Assembly (NCBI GenBank): GCA_964652175.1
Contig: CAZZBC010000002.1
Span: forward strand, 1 to 36,839
Direction: 5' to 3'
DNA length: 36,839 bases
Source: an uncultured Gammaproteobacteria bacterium
GTDB lineage: Bacteria > Patescibacteriota > Patescibacteriia > Patescibacteriales > JAKAJF01
Shown here: positions 8,485 through 14,583 of the stretch, piece by piece
How the letters are laid out: each line of letters opens with the position of its first letter
Position numbering within the stretch: the stretch's first letter is position 1
Position numbers and translations under genes: made by a program
The notes under the pieces: generated by a model
What the model was told of the DNA's origin: nothing
What the model saw: the letters and a program-made list of their open reading frames with translations, nothing else
The model's database searches: none

Positions 8485-8544
8485 CCCACAAATCAACAAA
8501 TCCTTAGTTTGTAAATTTGTAAAAAATTTGTAGATTTGTAGGAG
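8485..8544. mobile_element. 60-nt MITE-like element with terminal inverted repeats (CAAAT family)
   Basis: The left TIR is CCCACAAATCAACAAAT. The reverse complement of the right TIR ATTTGTAGATTTGTAGG matches it at 15 of 17 positions. Related copies lie at 32081-32140 (partial) and 35766-35864. Confidence 0.7.
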
Positions 8545-8550
8545 AATAAT

Positions 8551-8691
8551 ATGAGTCCCATTGAAGTAAAAAGACAGCCTTGCGAAGTTTACAGCCGCGT
8601 AACCGGGTATCTGCGGCCAGTTCAGCAATGGAACGACGGCAAGCAGGCGGAATATTTCAACCGGAAAACTTTTAAAGTGGAAAAAGAATAA
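8551..8691 (+). CDS. Stand-alone NrdD C-terminal glycyl-radical domain (46 aa)
   Basis: My translation is MSPIEVKRQPCEVYSRVTGYLRPVQQWNDGKQAEYFNRKTFKVEKE. It carries the class III RNR glycyl-radical signature (SRVTGY...WN.GK). GGAG lies at 8541-8544, 6 nt before the ATG. The frame differs from the nrdD body. The ORF is too short to appear in the supplied track. Confidence 0.8.
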   Translation: MSPIEVKRQPCEVYSRVTGYLRPVQQWNDGKQAEYFNRKTFKVEKE

Positions 8692-8778
8692 TTAGCTCGA
8701 CAGCTCGATAGCGGCTTCGCCGTTTAGCTCGTTAGTATTTATTACTAATAAGCTAACGAGCTAATAAGCTAACGAGCC

Positions 8779-9555
8779 ATGCTTATCGGTGGTTTGCAAA
8801 AATTTAGCTTGCTTGATTACCCGGAACATTTGGCCGCGATTATTTTCACGCAAGGGTGCAATTTCCGCTGTCGTTTCTGTTATAATCCCATGCTTGTCGC
8901 TTCTACGGAGAGCGGCAAATTTAAAAAAGGTCATCATCTTATTCACCCGTCCACCAAAGATTTTGGTGAGCGGGTAAAAGAAGGTGATCTTTTTGATTTT
9001 CTAAAATCACGGCTCGGCAAATTGGAGGGCGTGGTGATTACCGGCGGCGAGCCGACTTTGCACTCTGATTTGCCCGAGTTCATTGCCAAGATAAAAAAGA
9101 TGGGTTTTAAGGTGAAATTGGATACGAACGGCACCAATACGGAGATGCTTCTTCTTCTCCTTGCTAAGGAGGGGGTCGGGGTGAGGTTTGGTGGCGAGCC
9201 GGCATTAGTCGACTACATCGCCATGGATATTAAGGCCCCTTTGGAAAAATATGAAAAAGTGGTCGGAGCCGCAGTTGATTTTACTAAAATCAAACAAAGT
9301 ATTAAAATAATAATGAGTAGCGGTTTGCCTTATGAATTTAGAACGACCGTCGTGCCGGGCCTGCATTCCAGGGCGGACATCGTCAAAATGGGCGAGTTAA
9401 TTAAAGGGGCTAAAAAGTGGTATTTGCAATTTTTCAAAAGTGACATTGATTTGGTGGATGAGAAATTAAAAGGCAAAAAGGCGTTTAGCAAGAAAGAAAT
9501 GGAGGAAATGGCAGAGGTGGGGAGGAGGTATGTTAAAAAATGCGAAATTAGATAA
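8779..9555 (+). CDS. nrdG: Anaerobic RNR activating radical-SAM protein NrdG
   Basis: CNFRCRFCYN is a CX3CX2C radical-SAM cluster motif. The GGEPTL and KLDTNGT motifs are present. It lies directly downstream of nrdD. Confidence 0.88.
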   Translation: MLIGGLQKFSLLDYPEHLAAIIFTQGCNFRCRFCYNPMLVASTESGKFKKGHHLIHPSTKDFGERVKEGDLFDFLKSRLGKLEGVVITGGEPTLHSDLPEFIAKIKKMGFKVKLDTNGTNTEMLLLLLAKEGVGVRFGGEPALVDYIAMDIKAPLEKYEKVVGAAVDFTKIKQSIKIIMSSGLPYEFRTTVVPGLHSRADIVKMGELIKGAKKWYLQFFKSDIDLVDEKLKGKKAFSKKEMEEMAEVGRRYVKKCEIR

Positions 9556-9674
9556 TAGATATAATTTTTAGAATTTTTAATTTTATAATTTTATAAATAA
9601 TATTTCAATTTTTAATATTAAATATTTAGATATTAAAAAATTATTTAGAAATTAAAAATTAGAAATTAAAAATT

Positions 9675-10040
9675 ATGGATGAGGAATTAAAAACCGAGGA
9701 TGTAAAAGAATTGATAAAAAAAAACTTGGAGCTTACTGAAGAAATTTATGTGATGACCAAAAAAATAAAGCGTTTCATTACTTTTCAAAAGATAATGAGT
9801 TTTGTTTATTTTTTGATTATTGTCGTGCCTATTGTGTTAAGCATAATTTTTCTCCCCCCGCTTCTTAAAAATATTTTTAACCAATATCAAAGCTTATTAG
9901 GAGAAGATGGCGGCGGGAGCAGCAATTTATTGGAAGGCATTTTAAAAGGCGGCGCCGGCGGATTGAATTTGAATGATTTGAATTTGAAAAACATTGACGT
10001 CAATCAACTGCCGCCGGAGTTGAGAAAAATGGTGAAGTAG
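9675..10040 (+). CDS. Hypothetical small membrane protein
   Basis: 121-aa ORF with an acidic/Lys-rich N-terminus, one TM span (FVYFLIIVVPIVLSIIFLPPLL) and a Gly-rich tail. No recognisable family. Confidence 0.45.
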   Translation: MDEELKTEDVKELIKKNLELTEEIYVMTKKIKRFITFQKIMSFVYFLIIVVPIVLSIIFLPPLLKNIFNQYQSLLGEDGGGSSNLLEGILKGGAGGLNLNDLNLKNIDVNQLPPELRKMVK

Positions 10041-10073
10041 GGAATAAGTAAGGAGGGGGAATATATCATTATT

Positions 10074-10496
10074 ATGGAAAATCAAAAGCCAAAAGTAGGA
10101 ATAGGAGTGATGATATTAAGGGATGGAAAGGTGCTTTTAGGCAAGCGCAAGGGGTCGCATGGCAAGGGCGAATACGCTTTTCCCGGCGGGCATTTGGAGT
10201 ATATGGAGTCTTTTGAAGCTTGCGCAAAACGAGAAACGGAAGAAGAGTGCGGGATTAAGATAAAAGATATCCGTTTTCAGTTTTTATCCAACGTAAAAAA
10301 ATACGCTCCCAAGCACTATGTTCATATTAATTTATTGGCGGACTGGGAGAGCGGCGAGTTGCGAAATAGGGAGCCGGACAAATGCGAGGGATGGGGGTGG
10401 TATGAGTTGGATAAATTACCCGAACCGATATTTGAGATGAGCCGGCAAGGAATCGTCAGTTTTTTATCGGGGGAAAATTATTATGACGCTCGATAG
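10074..10496 (+). CDS. Nudix hydrolase
   Basis: Complete Nudix box GGHLEYMESFEACAKRETEEECGI (Gx5Ex7REUxEExGU). Confidence 0.85.
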   Translation: MENQKPKVGIGVMILRDGKVLLGKRKGSHGKGEYAFPGGHLEYMESFEACAKRETEEECGIKIKDIRFQFLSNVKKYAPKHYVHINLLADWESGELRNREPDKCEGWGWYELDKLPEPIFEMSRQGIVSFLSGENYYDAR

Positions 10497-10890
10497 GACA
10501 TTATTAAAAAAAATTATGACAAACGAGATGCCAAAATTAAAGACGGAAAAACAAGAACAAAAAGAAATTATTAAAGTGGAAAACAGCGCCACTTTCAGAA
10601 AAGCTATTGAAAGCGGAATTTTGGAAAATTTGGAAGAGGCTGAGGGGTGGCTGAAGGAAACGAGAGAAGTATGGGATAAATACACCCAGAATCCCAAGGA
10701 GTTGGAAAGGCCGGGCCGTGATGATAAGGTTATTAGTGATCGTGAGAGAGAGTTAATTAGAGCATATCGCCAAGCGGGTAATTGGCAGAAGGCTAAAGAG
10801 TTAATCGAGAATTCTATTCATCCGAACAATAAAGAGAGCAGGGCGAAGAAATTAAAAGAAGATTCAGGTTTAAAATATGAAGAAATATAA
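10483..10890 (+). CDS. Hypothetical helical protein
   Basis: 135-aa charged ORF that overlaps the Nudix stop by 14 nt. No motif recognised. Confidence 0.4.
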   Translation: MTLDRTLLKKIMTNEMPKLKTEKQEQKEIIKVENSATFRKAIESGILENLEEAEGWLKETREVWDKYTQNPKELERPGRDDKVISDRERELIRAYRQAGNWQKAKELIENSIHPNNKESRAKKLKEDSGLKYEEI

Positions 10891-10892
10891 AG

Positions 10893-11993
10893 ATGACAGT
10901 TATGGAAAATCTGCTTAAACAGCTTGAAGAATTAAGAGAACGCCTCCTGGATATATGGGGGCTTCTTGATATTGACCAAAAAAAATCAAAAATTAAAAAT
11001 CAAAAATTAAAAATGAGCGAACCTAATTTTTGGGACAATAGAGAAAAAGCCGTTGAAATTAGCCGAGAAGTGGAGTGGGAAGAGGAAGAAGTTGCCAAGT
11101 GGGAGAGATTGAAAAAAGAGATAACCGAATTGGAAGAACTGGTTGCCGTGGCTCAAAAAGAAGGCGACACTTCAATTGATGAAGAGGCGCGTAAACAATA
11201 TAAGGAACTGAAAGATAAGCTGGATAAGCTGGAATTTTTTGTTTTGTTTTCAGGCAAATATGACCGCAATAACGCCGTACTTTCCATCCACGCCGGCACG
11301 GGCGGAACGGAAGCGCAGGACTGGGCGCAGATGCTGGAGCGAATGTATTTGCGGTTTGCTGAAAAAAGGGGTTGGCGAGCCGAGATTTTAGACAGAAATA
11401 CCGGGACAGAAGCGGGCATTAAGAATGTAAGCATAAAAATAGACGGCCTTTGGGCTTACGGTTATTTGCGGAGCGAGTCAGGCGTACACCGCCTTGTGCG
11501 CATTTCGCCTTTTGACGCCGAGCAGATGCGTCATACTTCTTTCGCGCTCGTGGAAGTAATACCCGAATTGCCTGAAGCCGAAACAATAGAAATTAAAGCG
11601 GAGGAATTGGATATAAGTACTTACGGGTCGTCGGGGCCGGGCGGACAGCATATGCAGAAAACCGAATCCGCGGTGCGCGTGAAACACAAACCTTCGGGCA
11701 TAACAGTAGCCGTGCAGTCGGAACGCTCCCAGCACCAAAATAAAGAAAAGGCGATGAAAATTTTAAAATCAAAACTGTTTAAACTGCGCGAAGAAGAGCA
11801 GGAAAAAGAAACGAAAAAGTTGCGGGGCGAAACGCAAAAGGCGGAATGGGGGAAGCAAATTCGTTCTTATGTTATGCAGCCATACCAAATGGTCAAGGAC
11901 CATCGCACCGAGCACGAGACTTCAAATATCAAAGCGGTGCTGGACGGGGAGTTGGAGGAGTTTATGGAGAGTTATTTGAGAAGCAGGAGATAA
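10893..11993 (+). CDS. prfB: Peptide chain release factor 2 (single uninterrupted ORF)
   Basis: SPF tripeptide (RISPFDAEQ) and GGQ motif (SGPGGQHMQKTESAVR). There is no in-frame TGA or CTTTGAC frameshift site. Confidence 0.9.
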   Translation: MTVMENLLKQLEELRERLLDIWGLLDIDQKKSKIKNQKLKMSEPNFWDNREKAVEISREVEWEEEEVAKWERLKKEITELEELVAVAQKEGDTSIDEEARKQYKELKDKLDKLEFFVLFSGKYDRNNAVLSIHAGTGGTEAQDWAQMLERMYLRFAEKRGWRAEILDRNTGTEAGIKNVSIKIDGLWAYGYLRSESGVHRLVRISPFDAEQMRHTSFALVEVIPELPEAETIEIKAEELDISTYGSSGPGGQHMQKTESAVRVKHKPSGITVAVQSERSQHQNKEKAMKILKSKLFKLREEEQEKETKKLRGETQKAEWGKQIRSYVMQPYQMVKDHRTEHETSNIKAVLDGELEEFMESYLRSRR

Positions 11994-12003
11994 AATTTCC
12001 GAC

Positions 12004-12172
12004 TTGTCATGCCGGTCTTGTCCTCTTGTCATTGCGGGCTTGACCCGCAATCCAGGAGCAAGTAGGAGGAACGAGAATATAAACAAAGCGGCAGTGAGCG
12101 TTAAGAACGTTAAATTAAATTTCATGTTTTTACGGCTCCCTCCTGGATCCCGGCTCGGTGGCCGGGATAACA
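12004..12172. repeat. Composite palindromic elements filling the prfB-comEC spacer
   Basis: TTGTCATGCCGG..., then TTGTCATTGCGGGCTTGACCCGCAATCCAGGA, and at 12139-12172 CTCCTGGATCCCGGCTCGGTGGCCGGGATAACAA. The end motifs (GTCAT..., ...ATCCAG, CTGGATCCC...) match those of the copies in gatA and the Wzy_C gene. Confidence 0.7.
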
Positions 12173-12185
12173 AAAAGGGCCCGCG

Positions 12186-13721
12186 ATGACAAATAAGATG
12201 AATTTTAACTTGTCCAAGTCAAAGATACTTCTCCTCTGCTGCCTCGCCTTCATTATTGGCATTGCCATTGCTTCCTTTTTGCCGGAAAACATTTTGCGCC
12301 ATGAGTTGTGGTGGTTTGGGGGTGTTATCGGCGGGGGCGTTATAGTCGCATTATTTTGGCGAATTGAGGTTTTGAGGTTAACGGCGCTGGTGGCGCTGTT
12401 TTTATTTTTGGCGATTTGGAGATATGGAGTCGGACTTTCGGAAAATACGCCGGATAAAATTTGGCATTATAACGGCCAAGAAGTGAAGGTGGTCGGTGTT
12501 ATTGCTAACGAGCCGGACGTGAGAGAGGATAAAATGAAGTTGGAAATTGAAAGTGAAAAGTTAAAAGTCGGGAGAGGGTATAAAGACGTTTATGGAAAAA
12601 TTTTAGTGACAACGAACTTATATCCGGCTTATCAATACGGCGATGAACTGGAAATAAAGTGTAAGTTGGAAAAGCCGGAGCAAATCAGAGACTTCGCTTA
12701 TGACCGTTATTTGGCCAGATACGATATTTACTCGGTTTGTTATTGGCCGGAAATAAGGCTGTTGGCGTCCGGCAAGAGCAATAAATTTTACCAAAATATT
12801 TTTATTTTTAAAAATAAACTGCGCGAAATTATTGACGCTGGATTGCCGGAGCCGGAGTCAAATCTTGCCGGACCGCTTATTTTGGGCGGGCAGAAAGGAA
12901 TGGGAGAGAAGTTAAGGCAAAAGTTTTCCCAAACCGGACTGTCACACATCACGGCTGTTTCCGGCATGAACGTAAGCATGCTGGCGGTGATGGTGGCGTT
13001 TTTGCTTTACGGCGCCGGCTTGCGGCGTTCTTGCGTTTTTTACGCTTCAACCGCTTTTCTTATTGTTTATGTTATTTTAGTCGGGGCGCCGGCTTCGGCC
13101 ATGCGCGCCGGGTTGATGGGTTTTCTCGTTCTTTGGGCGCTGCACCTGGGGCGGCTTAACAAACTGACCAATTCTCTGGCTTTGGCCGCCGCCATTTTAC
13201 TTTTAATAAATCCTAAATTGTTGCGCGACGATATTGGTTTCCAATTGTCTTTTTTGGCCATTGCCGGACTTATTTATCTTTATCCCCTGCTTGACGAGCG
13301 GCTTCAAAAAATAAAAATACCCAAATTGGCTGGTTTACGGGATATTTTTTCCGCCACATTAGCCGCCCAAATTTTTACTTTGCCGATTATCGCTCTTAAT
13401 TTTTCGCAAGTTTCGGCGATCGCGCCCATAGCCAATTTAGTTGTGCTTTGGACTTTGCCTTTTGTGACTGCTGCGATCATTGCCGCCTTGCTTTTAGGGT
13501 TTCTTTTCCTCGCGTTTTCCTTTTTATTTTTCGCCCCTTCCTTGATTTTTTTAAAATATATTATTTTTGCCGTGGAACAGCTGTCCAAAGTGCCCTACGC
13601 CTACTTTCAAGTAGATTATCTTTCCAAATGGTGGATCGCGCTGTATTACTTATGTATGGGATGGTTTATTTTTCTGAAAAGTAAAAAAGAGGAAAAAAGT
13701 GTCAATCATTACAATGGTTGA
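12186..13721 (+). CDS. comEC: DNA internalisation channel ComEC/Rec2 (DUF4131 + competence domain, no beta-lactamase domain)
   Basis: Polytopic 511-aa protein with the GLSHITAVSGMNVSMLA motif typical of the ComEC competence domain. Confidence 0.85.
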   Translation: MTNKMNFNLSKSKILLLCCLAFIIGIAIASFLPENILRHELWWFGGVIGGGVIVALFWRIEVLRLTALVALFLFLAIWRYGVGLSENTPDKIWHYNGQEVKVVGVIANEPDVREDKMKLEIESEKLKVGRGYKDVYGKILVTTNLYPAYQYGDELEIKCKLEKPEQIRDFAYDRYLARYDIYSVCYWPEIRLLASGKSNKFYQNIFIFKNKLREIIDAGLPEPESNLAGPLILGGQKGMGEKLRQKFSQTGLSHITAVSGMNVSMLAVMVAFLLYGAGLRRSCVFYASTAFLIVYVILVGAPASAMRAGLMGFLVLWALHLGRLNKLTNSLALAAAILLLINPKLLRDDIGFQLSFLAIAGLIYLYPLLDERLQKIKIPKLAGLRDIFSATLAAQIFTLPIIALNFSQVSAIAPIANLVVLWTLPFVTAAIIAALLLGFLFLAFSFLFFAPSLIFLKYIIFAVEQLSKVPYAYFQVDYLSKWWIALYYLCMGWFIFLKSKKEEKSVNHYNG

Positions 13722-13737
13722 CGGTTTTAGCGGTTTT

Positions 13738-13756
13738 TTAGAAATTATGGTATAAT
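13738..13756 (+). promoter_or_regulatory. Extended -10 promoter (TTAGAAATTATGGTATAAT) of the major pilin gene
   Basis: TGgTATAAT extended -10. The identical 19-mer recurs at 25302-25320 upstream of the minor pilin operon. Confidence 0.55.
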
Positions 13757-13778
13757 GTGGATAAGTGACGCCCCTGGC

Positions 13779-13823
13779 GTCATCCCCGTCCCGATAGTCA
13801 TCGGGATAAACTCCAGCGGGGAT
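13779..13823. repeat. Palindromic element in the pilin 5' leader
   Basis: GTCATCCCCGTCCCGATAGTCATCGGGATAAACTCCAGCGGGGAT contains nested hairpins and is related to the GTCATTCCC...family. Confidence 0.6.
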
Positions 13824-13903
13824 TTATTTAATTTTTTTAAATTTTTTAGATATTCGAAAATCTAAAATCGAAAATCTAAAATATTAAAGAGAGGAGGTGA
13901 AAT

Positions 13904-14353
13904 ATGATAAAAAGAATCTTTCAACTACGTTCAAGACAGGCAGGTTTTACGTTGATTGAATTGTTGGTCGTTATCGCCATTATCGGTCTTTTGTCCACTT
14001 TGGCAGTTGTAGCTTTGAACAACGCCAGACAGAAATCAAGGGACGCCAAGCGCGTGAGCGATATCAAACAAATACAGACCGCGTTAGAATTATATTTTAA
14101 TGATGAAAACGGCTATCCCGCCAACATTACAGCCGGCAGCCCCATTACCGGGCCTAACAGCGGGGTTACTTATATGGCCATTGTTCCGACCAATCCGAGC
14201 CCTCAAACCGACGGGAATTGCCCGACTGGCGGTTATACTTATTCCCAGGCGGATAGCAGCACTTATTCTATCACTTATTGTTTGGGCGGAGTAGCCGGCG
14301 GCGTTACAGCCGGCACGCATCGCGCCACTCCAGCCGGTTTGGTCAACGATTAA
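13904..14353 (+). CDS. Type IV pilin-like protein (prepilin with class III signal)
   Basis: The leader MIKRIFQLRSRQAG is followed by FTLIELLVVIAIIGLL, a G/F cleavage-methylation motif with Glu at +5. A strong SD (GAGGAGGTG) precedes the ATG. Confidence 0.88.
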   Translation: MIKRIFQLRSRQAGFTLIELLVVIAIIGLLSTLAVVALNNARQKSRDAKRVSDIKQIQTALELYFNDENGYPANITAGSPITGPNSGVTYMAIVPTNPSPQTDGNCPTGGYTYSQADSSTYSITYCLGGVAGGVTAGTHRATPAGLVND

Positions 14354-14390
14354 TTGAATTCTTAAAAGGATCCATTTAAGGGTTTGAATA

Positions 14391-14429
14391 CCCCGCCCCA
14401 GTTTGAAAAACTGGGGCGGGGTTTGTTTT
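14391..14429 (+). terminator. Strong rho-independent terminator after the pilin gene
   Basis: CCCCGCCCCAG / CTGGGGCGGGG 11-bp GC stem followed by TTTGTTTT. Confidence 0.85.
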
Positions 14430-14462
14430 GGAGGATGTTTGAGGTATAATGGAAACAGAATT

Positions 14463-14576
14463 AATTTCTAATTTCTAAATCCTAATTCCTAATAAATTTA
14501 TAAATGTCCAATTTTGTCATTGGAAATTTATCTATTGGGCATTGATTAGAAATTAGACAATTAGAAATTAGGAATT
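14463..14576. repeat. AT-rich inverted-repeat element (TTAGAAAT family)
   Basis: The left arm is AATTTCTAATTTCTAAATCCTAATTCCTAA and the right arm is TTAGAAATTAGACAATTAGAAATTAGGAATT. Related tracts lie at 2331-2362, 9640-9674, 13846-13885, 17955-17990 and 35866-35890. Confidence 0.7.
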
Positions 14577-14583
14577 TTAAATT

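Noticed and set aside
8403-8550. Group I/II intron, intein or ribosomal bypass as the explanation for the nrdD interruption (phage T4 nrdD has a group I intron).
   Set aside because: The insert is only about 150 nt. That is too short for a group I or II intron core, and I see no conserved intron helices. An intein would be in frame and much larger. The segment carries a recognisable TIR element, a stop codon, and an SD plus ATG for the downstream piece. Splicing can only be formally excluded with cDNA.
9556-9674. Possible CRISPR array among the AT-rich repeated tracts (also 14461-14583, 17955-17990, 26419-26500, 31665-31786).
   Set aside because: The repeats are 7-8-nt units or inverted arms. 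They are not 25-40-nt direct repeats separated by unique spacers of regular length. No cas genes are present in the window.
10893-11993. Programmed +1 frameshift in prfB.
   Set aside because: The RF2 ORF is continuous from the ATG through the SPF and GGQ motifs. No in-frame TGA or CTT-TGA-C site is present near codon 25. Unframeshifted prfB genes are known.
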